Part shown: piece after piece, positions 17,832 to 26,656 of the stretch | Numbering within the stretch: the first letter of the stretch is position 1 | How the letters are laid out: every line of letters begins with the position of its first letter | Assembly (NCBI GenBank): GCA_945872325.1 | Contig: CAMBZY010000001.1 | Span: forward strand, 1-35,823 | Source: Candidatus Kuenenia stuttgartensis | GTDB taxonomy: Bacteria > Planctomycetota > Planctomycetia > Isosphaerales > Isosphaeraceae | Direction: 5' to 3' | DNA: 35,823 nt | Position numbers and translations under genes: made by a program | Notes under the pieces: generated by a model | Database searches by the model: none | The model's input: only the letters and a program-made list of their open reading frames with translations | Told to the model about the DNA's origin: nothing

Positions 17832-18908
17832 TCAGGCCCGAACAGCCTTGATCAAGCGGCGAAATGGCCATAAAACCATTCGCACGGGTGCTGTTGCAAT
17901 CCTGCCAGGCAGACCAATCACCACAAGTGCGGAACTGATCACCACCCAGCCAGCCAGGAACATTCCCAGATAGCGAGCAGCACCAAAGTTCAAACCTTGC
18001 TGTTCAAGCCACGTTCCAACAGCGGTTTCCAGGCCCGCGATCGCACCCCCACCCACAGCCGTCGCCAGTTGGATCCCAGCCGAGGCAAACTGCTTGACAG
18101 CGTAATCCGTTGCCTGGCCAGCCATATCGACGAACTCTTCAGGGGCGGCAATAAAGGCAGTTAAAAGTCCGGCGGCGGCCAGCTTTTGCTTGTTCGGAAG
18201 GACCGTCTCCGTGAAGAACTTCCAGCCCGGGCGGCCAGTCCTGCGTAGGACGTTCACGGACTGAGCACCTTCTGCAGCAAGAACTTCGGCGACGTCATCG
18301 CCATAAACTGAGACAGCTGAAAGCCCATCAGCACCCATGCCGCGAATCATGGTGTCGGCTCGTCCAGGAAATCGGCGGGCCAGAGATTGAGCGGCTTCAC
18401 CCATCTGAACAGCCATTTGCTTTTCGACTGGTGTGAATCGAGCAAAATCTTTGGCCAGATTTTGGTCGCCTGCTATCAGTTTTTGAAAGCGGGCTTCAAG
18501 TAAAGCATCCGCAGGTTCATCGATCCGTCGAGCCGTTCGGCTTAATTCCTGCGATCGACGTGCTAAAACTCCCAACCCATCCTCACCCAACTCTGTCGCT
18601 TCTTTGGCAAATAAGCGTGTGGTTCGACCTGTTGCCAACTTTGGATCGGCGGAACGTACAGAGGCCTGAATCATGTCATCAAGCCACGACAGGCCACCGG
18701 CCTGAGCGGAATTGGTGTTCAGACCAAATGCCAACAAAGCAAGTACACAAACGCTTTTCAAGAAAGTGTTTGCAGGGACGGGCCCGGTTCGTTTTCGGTG
18801 AATTGTCATAGCAGGAACAAGCCTCCCCGATAGTCGATTTTGCATAGCAATTGTGCGGTGACAGTTGGACTCTGACTTTACCCGACCAGTGATGAAATAT
18901 CTTGTCAT
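17832..18908 (-). CDS. Hypothetical membrane protein (downstream gene of a two-gene cassette)
   Basis: 358-aa ORF. The signal or anchor segment HRKRTGPVPANTFLKSVCVLALLAFGLNTNSAQA favours a start at Met34 (ATG at 18809, with ggggagg 12 nt upstream). The C-terminus has hydrophobic segments: GIQLATAVGGGAIAGL and YLGMFLAGWVVISSALVVIGL. No family is recognised. Confidence 0.6.
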   Translation of the reverse strand: MTRYFITGRVKSESNCHRTIAMQNRLSGRLVPAMTIHRKRTGPVPANTFLKSVCVLALLAFGLNTNSAQAGGLSWLDDMIQASVRSADPKLATGRTTRLFAKEATELGEDGLGVLARRSQELSRTARRIDEPADALLEARFQKLIAGDQNLAKDFARFTPVEKQMAVQMGEAAQSLARRFPGRADTMIRGMGADGLSAVSVYGDDVAEVLAAEGAQSVNVLRRTGRPGWKFFTETVLPNKQKLAAAGLLTAFIAAPEEFVDMAGQATDYAVKQFASAGIQLATAVGGGAIAGLETAVGTWLEQQGLNFGAARYLGMFLAGWVVISSALVVIGLPGRIATAPVRMVLWPFRRLIKAVRA

Positions 18909-18934
18909 TTTGTCACTTCAGCCCCATGATTCAC

Positions 18935-20899
18935 TCAGGGCTGATTCTCCTGAGAGACTCCAGCGCGGCGAGAGGCCAGATGCTCTTCCATCTTCCAATA
19001 AGCGGCCAAACCGACTCCGGCTTGCCCACTCTCAATGGCTAGATATTTCAGGCCACGCTCAGGCGGGACCCGCATGAGAAGCTCTCGGCCGTCTTTCAAA
19101 AACCGCAATGGTTCGAATCGGCTCAGAGTGACTCCAGCTTTACGGGCCAACGGACGGACGATTTCTTCAACCTGACCTATGGTCATACGATTCATCGCGT
19201 TAGGCATCTGCTTCAAGACTTTTTGTAAGCCACCGGCAGACCTCACGGCCCACCACTGATTTGCTCGTCTGGCAGAGCTTTCAGCCAATTGTTCACCTGT
19301 TTGAAGACCCGCTTTAATGCTTCTGTCAACAACCGTTTCAGCGCCTTCACGGGCCGCAGTTTTACCAATCGTTTTGACCTGACCTCGAGCCATTTCTGCC
19401 GCCACTACGCCTTCTGGCTGAACAGCGAAAAGGCTCATCACATCAGCCACCACAAATGCACCGTCCATCAACGCCCATGACCACTCACCGGAAGTTGGTC
19501 TGTAGCCTTTGGTTAGAACGTTTGCAAGGTGGGTCAGATCATAAAGTGGCAGAAATTCAACGGCACTGATGTTCGAATTTTGAATTTGGGCAACCCGTGC
19601 AAGCCCATCATCATGAATGATTTGAATGGTGGCCTGACCACTGTCGCCAGAAAGGCTCATCACGCCCAGAGCGAGCGATTCCGTGGTGGTTCGGCTGGCC
19701 TTTTCTCGCAACTTTGCCACAAGTTCCGGACTCATATCACTTTGGGCGATTGGAAGGATGATGGCTGACCCATGTCGCCTGAGAATTTCCCGAAACTGTG
19801 TGTCAGACGCATATTTCTCAAGCATCACGGCTGCAGTCAGGCCATGATCGGCCAATGCCTCAACAGCTTTTTCGCGTAGATCTTTATCAGAATAGTCCTG
19901 ATAGACCACCTCAGCGGCATCGGCGCCTGAGGCTTTGATTGCGGCTTCACCACGTTCCCCAAACTCGAGGGTCAATTTCAAAGCGTTCGGATGGTCAGCC
20001 ACTTTGGTGAGCAATCCAGATGCTGAAAGATGACGCAAGTGCTTAGCTAGTGAATCAGAAGAGTGATCTCGAAGGTATTCCGTAGAGTCATCCGCAGAAA
20101 CGTGAAGTGCGATCAGGGCATCGTCCAGAAGTTCTTCCTGATCAAGAGTTTCAATCACATCACCGAAAAGCGTAAAGACCATCAGGCCCTCAGGTCCCCG
20201 ATGTCTTAAGGATTCAAGCGCCCATTTCGGATGTTTCTCAAGTGTCTCAATCACCTTGCGTATGGAAGAGGATCCTTCTCTGAGACTGACCAGTTGCAGG
20301 CCAATGAATGCATCCTGCAAGTCTTTTGGATCACGAGACATACGCTCAACCAATCCCGAGATTGCCTCAGGTTCAGTCATCATTAAAGGCAGAATCTCAG
20401 GAGTCTTTTCAACGATCGCTCGCTGGCTTGGCGACAGACGTTCAAGTTCAGCGATCCACAGGGCACGGTCACCGTCGTCTGCACGCTTCAGGCTAAGATA
20501 ATCCCGCCATGTCAGAAGAATTCTGGCCGCGGCTTGATCATCCACAAGTTCACAGAGCCGACGAAATTCGCGTGGATGCTTTTCGTAAAGATAAACCGCT
20601 TCCAAGTCGAGTGTATCAAGTAATTTGAGGCCACGCAGGCCATCCGTGCTTTCAAGATTGATTGCCGTCTGGGCATACTTGTTGAGAACCCGCTCGACCA
20701 TCGCAAAGTGTTTGGTGTCTTCACGATAACGGTCAAGAACCTGATTTTTGTGATCTTGAAATGATTTCGAGCTGGACGGACCGTCAATCACAACTTTTTC
20801 TAAAATAACAGGCTTGGTTTTCGAGGCCAGCTTAATAAAAACGGCAGAGCCAATCAAAAGGCAAAGCAAGGCCAGGGTTTGTCTTGTACCTTTCGACAT
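18935..20899 (-). CDS. Hypothetical membrane-anchored protein (upstream gene of a two-gene cassette)
   Basis: 654-aa ORF with an ATG start. N-terminal TM anchor: TLALLCLLIGSAVFIKL. A long Ala/Leu/Glu/Asp/Arg-rich region that looks helical follows, then hydrophobic segments near residue 470 (MDGAFVVADVMSLFAV) and near the C-terminus (GQAGVGLAAYW). No catalytic motif is recognised. Confidence 0.62.
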   Translation of the reverse strand: MSKGTRQTLALLCLLIGSAVFIKLASKTKPVILEKVVIDGPSSSKSFQDHKNQVLDRYREDTKHFAMVERVLNKYAQTAINLESTDGLRGLKLLDTLDLEAVYLYEKHPREFRRLCELVDDQAAARILLTWRDYLSLKRADDGDRALWIAELERLSPSQRAIVEKTPEILPLMMTEPEAISGLVERMSRDPKDLQDAFIGLQLVSLREGSSSIRKVIETLEKHPKWALESLRHRGPEGLMVFTLFGDVIETLDQEELLDDALIALHVSADDSTEYLRDHSSDSLAKHLRHLSASGLLTKVADHPNALKLTLEFGERGEAAIKASGADAAEVVYQDYSDKDLREKAVEALADHGLTAAVMLEKYASDTQFREILRRHGSAIILPIAQSDMSPELVAKLREKASRTTTESLALGVMSLSGDSGQATIQIIHDDGLARVAQIQNSNISAVEFLPLYDLTHLANVLTKGYRPTSGEWSWALMDGAFVVADVMSLFAVQPEGVVAAEMARGQVKTIGKTAAREGAETVVDRSIKAGLQTGEQLAESSARRANQWWAVRSAGGLQKVLKQMPNAMNRMTIGQVEEIVRPLARKAGVTLSRFEPLRFLKDGRELLMRVPPERGLKYLAIESGQAGVGLAAYWKMEEHLASRRAGVSQENQP

Positions 20900-21241
20900 G
20901 CCGCCCGCAACTTTCTACGGACGGAAACTGCCAAACCGAGTGGCAATTTCCTGGTCATACTAGCTCACTTCAAACCATGATTCGCCGCAAAGCATGGTAT
21001 CTCTAAAATCCAGCACCGCAATATTGTTCCGTACAGTCGCCTTCCCGTCAACTGAAACCTGCCCGAAGTTGACCAGATAATAGGACGATCTTTCTGGATT
21101 TCCGGTCTGGCTTGTTCAAGGCACGCATCTTCTCGGCTTGGGGTTGTGATCTGACATCCAAACTTACAACAATGCTTTGACAAGATTGTGATTCGACATG
21201 GTTTGACGAGTGAATTCCCAAATTGATGGAGTACAGCGAAA

Positions 21242-22771
21242 ATGACCAGACAATCCGGCTTGAGCATTCTGGGTGACGAAGAGCCCGGATTGGTTCGCAC
21301 AAAAATTGTTGCAACCATTGGTCCTGCATGTCGTGACTATGATTCGATCCGACGGCTGGCCATGGCTGGTGTCGACCTGTTTCGTTTGAATTTTTCGCAT
21401 GGGACTCATGCCGAACATGCCGAAGTCTGGCATAGGATCCAAGACGTAAGGCGTGATTCAAAAAAGTCTATCGCGATATTGATGGACCTCTCAGGACCTA
21501 AAATCCGCCTTGGTACTATCGTGGCTGATGATGGTGTTCTGGAATGCCCGGTGGATGCTCTTTTTGAAATCTCGCTGGGCGACTCTGTCGATTTTAACGC
21601 TCAGGCGGATCCAAAACTGGGGCGATTGGTCTGCCCTGTCGACGAGCTTTTTGAGGATCTTGAGGTCGGCCAAAGAGTCCTGTTCGCCGATGGAACCCTG
21701 ACCATGACTGTGGTGGAATCGTGGCCCAGTCAGCGAAAGGCCATTCTTCGGAACATGATTTCTGGACGTCTGCGAAACCGTCAGGGGATCAACCTACCAG
21801 GCGGCGGTGGTCGGATTAAGGCACTTACAGATAAAGACTTGAAAGATCTCAACTGGGCAATCGAGCATCCTGTTTCGTTTATTGCACTTTCGTTTGTGAG
21901 ACAGGCTTCGGATGTTCGTCAATTGCGACAGGAGTTGGACAGTCGGGGCATCGACTCGCGGATCATCGCCAAGATTGAAAAGCCGGCTGCTCTGGTCAAT
22001 CTCGACTCGATTCTGGAGGAAGTGGATGCACTCATGGTGGCTCGTGGCGATTTAGGCGTGGAGCTTGATGTGGCTCAGGTTCCAGCGGCTCAAAAGCGGA
22101 TCATCGCCAAAGCGGCAAGAGCTGGCCTGCCTGTGATCACGGCAACGCAAATGCTTGGTAGCATGGAGACTTCTACGATCCCAACTCGCGCTGAAGCTGC
22201 TGATGTTTTCAACGCTGTGCTGGATGGTACGGACGCCGTGATGCTTTCAGGCGAGACTGCCGTTGGACGCGACCCTGTGCTGGCCGTCCGCACGATGAGC
22301 CAGATTGTGCTTCAGGCGGAGACTTTTTCGCTGACCGATCCTGTCAGCAATCGTCGATTTGAAAATTCGAACATGCGGACGACAGACTGGGCCCGCGTCA
22401 CTCCGATCACAGCGGCCATGGTTTATACCGTTGCGGAACTTGTCCGTCAGATTCAGCCTAAGCTGGTTGTGGCTGTGACCCGGACAGGCCGTGCAGCGTT
22501 CGCTTTGAGCAAGGTTCGCCTGCCAGTGCCAATCGTGGCCCTTTCAGACAACCCCTCTGCCATAAACGCCTTAGCCCTCGCATGGGGTGTTGAGCCACTG
22601 GCTCTTGCGCACTTCGGCGAACCGGACGAAAACTTGAAAGTGGCACTCGACTGGGCCATGGCCCGGAATTTGATCGAGCCGGGCGATCGGGTTGTGCATC
22701 TGCGTGGAGCCATCGCCAATAAACCTGGCCACAACGCTCTTTACATTCACGAAGTTGGCGCCAGAACCTGA
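21242..22771 (+). CDS. pyk: Pyruvate kinase
   Basis: 509 aa with an ATG start. Diagnostic blocks are TKIVATIGPAC, FRLNFSHGTH, DLSGPKIR, MVARGDLGVE and MLSGETA. Confidence 0.94.
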   Translation: MTRQSGLSILGDEEPGLVRTKIVATIGPACRDYDSIRRLAMAGVDLFRLNFSHGTHAEHAEVWHRIQDVRRDSKKSIAILMDLSGPKIRLGTIVADDGVLECPVDALFEISLGDSVDFNAQADPKLGRLVCPVDELFEDLEVGQRVLFADGTLTMTVVESWPSQRKAILRNMISGRLRNRQGINLPGGGGRIKALTDKDLKDLNWAIEHPVSFIALSFVRQASDVRQLRQELDSRGIDSRIIAKIEKPAALVNLDSILEEVDALMVARGDLGVELDVAQVPAAQKRIIAKAARAGLPVITATQMLGSMETSTIPTRAEAADVFNAVLDGTDAVMLSGETAVGRDPVLAVRTMSQIVLQAETFSLTDPVSNRRFENSNMRTTDWARVTPITAAMVYTVAELVRQIQPKLVVAVTRTGRAAFALSKVRLPVPIVALSDNPSAINALALAWGVEPLALAHFGEPDENLKVALDWAMARNLIEPGDRVVHLRGAIANKPGHNALYIHEVGART

Positions 22772-22807
22772 TTTTGGTTGAGATTCTGGCACCACCAGAT
22801 GTCACGA

Positions 22808-23167
22808 TCAAACCAGCGTTTCCAAAAGGCCCTGCATTTCTGAGGCAGCGTGACTCTCGCCAGCCTTGCGTGCTTTCTGTATCCCCAACTCGAGCCAATA
22901 TCGAGCGTGTTCCAGTTCGTCTGTTTCCGCAAACGACTGCCCCAGTTGCTGATAGGCTGCAATGCTTTCTTCAGGATGGTCTGCAATCAAAGCCTTCAAC
23001 CGGTCGCGTCCCTCGTCGGTTGCACGCTCTCTCAAGCACTGCATGGCCAAGCCATATCTCAGGAAGCTATCGCGTGGATCTTCCGCCAGACTGGCTTCGA
23101 GTGCGAGCCGTTTTGCAGATTTTTCTGTCATCTCAGTCGTTCCTTTGTGAAGTTCCGTTTTAAGCAT
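22808..23167 (-). CDS. Small TPR-like helical repeat protein
   Basis: 119-aa ORF, with an alternative ATG at 23131 preceded by aagga. The composition fits helical hairpins, and TPR-like pairs are present: FLRYGLAMQCL, AAYQQLGQSFAETDELEHARYWLELGIQKA. The overlapping plus-strand ORFs give low-complexity products that do not look like real proteins. Confidence 0.5.
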   Translation of the reverse strand: MLKTELHKGTTEMTEKSAKRLALEASLAEDPRDSFLRYGLAMQCLRERATDEGRDRLKALIADHPEESIAAYQQLGQSFAETDELEHARYWLELGIQKARKAGESHAASEMQGLLETLV

Positions 23168-23621
23168 GTTCCTCGTGACACGGCTATTGTATATGGTATT
23201 CCGTGTTATCCAAACGAAAGCTGATCACTGAAGTGTTTCCAAAACTCTTGCCCAGATTCTGAATGTTAAGATAGGGCGAGTTTTCTTAGTATTCAGCGAA
23301 GCCCGGTGATCTCGGTAAATTTCATAGTCTTGGTTGCATAGGCAAGCAAGGTGATCTGCCGATGAGTTAGGGGGACTTGTAGACCAAAGCAATTCACAAG
23401 TGAAATGTTGAGGAATGAACTCCGGATGGGAGAACTTCCACAACAGGTGAATGGCTCAAGGGCTTCGAAAAACCAACCCGGCGGATGGGGCCGTGATTCG
23501 TCACTCTGACGAACTGCGGATACGACCGACAGCAGTCATTATCCAGATTTTATGAATCCGGATGGTTGATTCCCTGGTCGTAGTTGTTTAGCGAGTCCGT
23601 CATGGAGGACTCTCGATCGTG

Positions 23622-25043
23622 ATGTCCGAATGGATTTCTCAAACATCGTTCCGGTCTTTCGATGGATTCGTCCGTCGATCGATTCCGGTCATATTACTGG
23701 CGACTTGCATCGCCGGATCTGGCGTGAGCCCCACCTGGGCCAAGGGCATAGCACCGACCCGCCGTACGGCTGTGGTTGATGCAGTTGCCAAGATCCAGCC
23801 GGCCGTTGTTTCGATTGCCAGCGAGAAGCTGTCGGCGTCAAACGCCAGATGGCCGATCTCTCCTGACGAAAGCGCCAAGGCTCGAGTCAGTGGCATGGGT
23901 ACAGGCGTGATTGTGGATGGTCGCGGATATATCCTGACCAATCACCACGTTGTTGATCGGGTGGAAGGGATCGAGGTACGTCTCAGCGACGGCACCATGC
24001 TTCCTGCCCGTGTCATCCAGTCCGACCCTGTCATGGATCTTGCCCTGATCAAGGTGGATTCGACTAAACCGCTGGCTGAGGCTGTGATTGGAACTTCGTC
24101 AGACTTAATGGTCGGCGAGGATGTGATCACCGTTGGCAATGCCTTTGGTTATGAAAACACGGTCTCTGTTGGGATTGTCAGCGCCTTGGGCCGAAATGTG
24201 ACACTTTCGGACGATCAGGTCTATCGAAACCTGATTCAAACCGATGCCTGCATCAACCCCGGCAATTCAGGTGGCCCTCTGGTCAACATTCGAGGTGAGT
24301 TGATCGGCATCAACGTAGCTGTTCGGGCGGGTGCCCAAGGGATCGGTTTCGCCCTTCCCATTGACGATGTCCTGCGATCGGCTGCTGAGATGATGTCCAC
24401 CCGACGGATCTCTGCCACCTGGCATGGGCTTGCTACGGAAACCCGTGTTGGCGAGGAACGGCCCCGACTGTTCGTCAGTCAGGTTCAATCCACCAGTCCA
24501 GGTGAAACTGCCGGAATAAAATCCGGTGATGAGATCATCAAAATTGGTCGGATTGATGCCCGAAATCCGCTTGATGTTGAACGAGCCTTGATGGAATCAC
24601 GAGTTGATGCCCCTGTGCCAGTCGTTGTGAAGCGTGGTGGACAGGAAAAAACCGTACAGATTGCTGTGCGATCGCTTTCCCGTGCCCAGCCTGATGCCGG
24701 CGATCAGATCTGGTGGCTGCTGGGTGTTAAAACCCGCCCTGTCAGTCCTGCGACCGTGGCTTCGGTGAGTCCTGATCTTCACGGTGGGCTTTATGTTTCA
24801 GACGTGCTACCGGGAAGCTCTGCAGATCGTGCTTCGATCCAGCCTGGGGATATCCTGATTGGACTCTCCCTGGGTGAGCGTCACTGGGAGACCATACTTC
24901 CTGATAATGTCCTGCACATTCTCAAACAACCGCAAGTATCGAATGCCCAGCAGCTTACCTATTTCATCGTGCGGTCAAACAAACTTTATCATGGTTTGAT
25001 GACAATCGCGACCGCACCTGAAACCACCACCTTGCGGCGATGA
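23622..25043 (+). CDS. HtrA/DegP-family trypsin-like serine protease with two PDZ-like domains
   Basis: The catalytic triad contexts are ILTNHHVV (His), DLALIKV (Asp) and NPGNSGGPLVN (Ser). N-terminal TM or signal segment: IPVILLATCIAGSGV. PDZ-like segments are TAGIKSGDEIIKIG and ASIQPGDILIGL. The start is the ATG at 23622, one codon after the GTG at 23619. Confidence 0.9.
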   Translation: MSEWISQTSFRSFDGFVRRSIPVILLATCIAGSGVSPTWAKGIAPTRRTAVVDAVAKIQPAVVSIASEKLSASNARWPISPDESAKARVSGMGTGVIVDGRGYILTNHHVVDRVEGIEVRLSDGTMLPARVIQSDPVMDLALIKVDSTKPLAEAVIGTSSDLMVGEDVITVGNAFGYENTVSVGIVSALGRNVTLSDDQVYRNLIQTDACINPGNSGGPLVNIRGELIGINVAVRAGAQGIGFALPIDDVLRSAAEMMSTRRISATWHGLATETRVGEERPRLFVSQVQSTSPGETAGIKSGDEIIKIGRIDARNPLDVERALMESRVDAPVPVVVKRGGQEKTVQIAVRSLSRAQPDAGDQIWWLLGVKTRPVSPATVASVSPDLHGGLYVSDVLPGSSADRASIQPGDILIGLSLGERHWETILPDNVLHILKQPQVSNAQQLTYFIVRSNKLYHGLMTIATAPETTTLRR

Positions 25044-25206
25044 ATTTGAACGAATCTGATCTGACGTGCGAAGTGTGGATATTGCAATCCGCCTTGCACG
25101 TGGATCAAATTCATTCATGAAAGAAAAATGGCAGGTTTAATTGGGAGTCCAGGACGGACGATCGGAGCCAGGATTGGCGTCAGATTCTTCAGGATCGATT
25201 TCGTCC

Positions 25207-26409
25207 ATGGACTCAGGACCACCTCAAATGAAACCATCTCGCCAATTTCGGCCGACACTCAATCAAACCGACCTTCTTGAAGATCGTCGAGTTCTCTCAA
25301 CACTTCATCCTTATTATCACCAACGGCTGCCAATTTATCAGCCATTGCAAACACAAGTCTTAAACACTCCCACTCTGCCGAAAATCCAAACGGCCGGTGT
25401 TCGCACATATGAGCTCATCCCGCCTCCTGGTCAGGTCAACCCCACAGGTACCATTTCCTTATCTTATAAAGTGGGTGGGGCTACGATTGTTCCATTTGGT
25501 TATGTTTACGCAAATGCCCACCCCGGCATGACTCTTGTGAGCGTTTCAGGTATTCCAACCGGCGGTACAGGCCCGAAATCGCAAGTCATGTCCGTAGGGA
25601 CTCTTGGCCAGCGTCAAAGTTTTTACCAGTCTGCTGAAGGTGAAATGATACACACTCCGCCAGGCATGTTCCGAGCCGGTTTTGCGAGCATTGGCGTCAC
25701 TCCCACCACTTATAATAGCGTAACCGGAGTGACATCAAGTCAGTCTGGCGAATTGCGAATTTTAAATGTGGTCGGTTCACCGGTCATGATTATTCGTGAT
25801 GCAAATCTGGTCAGTGGCCCCACCGGCCTGGCATGGGTTGATAAAGGCAATACAGCCAGTCTGTTTATCTCAAACAGCATTAATGGAGTTGTCAGCAGGT
25901 TTGATTTCAAGATCTTCCAACGCGGAATTCCATCCATCCGATTAACCAAAGCCACCCAGATTGGTGGTGGATATGCAACCGCCGGTGCTGCGACCACCAA
26001 CCTTCAAGGCCCTTCAGGGCTGAGTTATGACGATGTAACGGACACTCTTTATGTGGCCTCCACTCTGAATAACTCGGTTTACGCCATTAATAAAGCCAGC
26101 AGGGTGAAAAACCTTGGAGGCCCAGGCCGCGTGGTTGTCAACAACAGCCCGAATCTGACCGGCCCGAAAGGTGTTTCGCTCTCACCAAGTCGAACTTTGC
26201 TTATTTCTGGCGATCTGGCCAGCGGCGCGACGGGGCTTTCTGAATTCGACCTGAGTGGCCGATATATTGGAAGTCTGGCGACAACAGCAGCTTCTGGTGG
26301 TGCATCAAGCGTAACCTGGAATCACTCGCTCTACGGATTCGGACCAGAAGTGGTCCAGCTCAACGCCAATGACAGCACCATTCAGTTTCTGCCAATTGTG
26401 CAGAACTAA
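25207..26409 (+). CDS. NHL-like beta-propeller repeat protein, function unknown
   Basis: The C-terminal half has NHL-type blades: GPTGLAWVDKGNTASLFISNSINGVVSRF, GPSGLSYDDVTDTLYVASTLNNSVYAI and GPKGVSLSPSRTLLISGD. The start is uncertain. The longest ORF starts with TTG at 25141, and ATG candidates lie at 25207 and 25228. It is co-oriented with the protease gene, 97 nt downstream of it. Confidence 0.6.
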   Translation: MDSGPPQMKPSRQFRPTLNQTDLLEDRRVLSTLHPYYHQRLPIYQPLQTQVLNTPTLPKIQTAGVRTYELIPPPGQVNPTGTISLSYKVGGATIVPFGYVYANAHPGMTLVSVSGIPTGGTGPKSQVMSVGTLGQRQSFYQSAEGEMIHTPPGMFRAGFASIGVTPTTYNSVTGVTSSQSGELRILNVVGSPVMIIRDANLVSGPTGLAWVDKGNTASLFISNSINGVVSRFDFKIFQRGIPSIRLTKATQIGGGYATAGAATTNLQGPSGLSYDDVTDTLYVASTLNNSVYAINKASRVKNLGGPGRVVVNNSPNLTGPKGVSLSPSRTLLISGDLASGATGLSEFDLSGRYIGSLATTAASGGASSVTWNHSLYGFGPEVVQLNANDSTIQFLPIVQN

Positions 26410-26441
26410 TTTTTGGGGCTGATCTTAAACGCTTTGAATTC

Positions 26442-26482
26442 CAGCCATTGCGAATATTCAATCGCAGTGGCTGTTGTTTTTT
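26442..26482 (+). terminator. Rho-independent terminator of the NHL-repeat gene
   Basis: cagccattgcga-atattcaa-tcgcagtggctg forms a 12-bp stem including one G-U pair, followed by ttgtttttt. It lies 33 nt after the stop. Confidence 0.82.
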
Positions 26483-26656
26483 AGAATTGTTTTCCCATGA
26501 TCGGATCCATGTTTACAGCCGTTTTCATAGAGTGGTACTTTTATTTCAGAACCATTGTAGTGAAAAAGTCGTGCGCGAAAATCTTCCTCAAAATGGTATG
26601 ATTCTAACTGAGTTGAAATGACTAATATCGACTAAGTCGAATCGTGTGATACCACC

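Noticed and set aside
19105-19125. GGTTCGAATC, a tRNA T-loop-like string
   Set aside because: The flanking bases (aatgg / cggct) cannot form a T-stem, no acceptor or anticodon arms are present, and it lies inside the 654-aa coding sequence.
19358-19369. IGKT in the 654-aa protein, a possible Walker A motif
   Set aside because: The context GQVKTIGKT has five residues between the Gly and the GKT rather than four, and no Walker B or other NTPase motif follows.
20965-21461. Minus-strand ORFs of 117, 137 and 92 aa in the gap between the 654-aa gene and pyk, extending into the pyk 5' region
   Set aside because: They overlap each other and the pyk start. They have Cys/His/Arg-rich improbable sequences and no signal or domain features. 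The region is better explained as a divergent promoter region.
22453-23224. Several overlapping ORFs on both strands around the pyk 3' end and the TPR gene (for example 22458..22898, 22774..23163, 22850..23224)
   Set aside because: They are mutually exclusive. Only the 22808..23167 minus-strand frame gives a helical-repeat-like protein. The others overlap pyk or are antisense with low-complexity products.
23225-23443. 72-aa minus-strand ORF in the long intergenic region upstream of htrA
   Set aside because: It has no RBS and no recognisable motif, and its composition is Cys/His/Trp-rich. It is most likely a chance ORF in AT-richer DNA.
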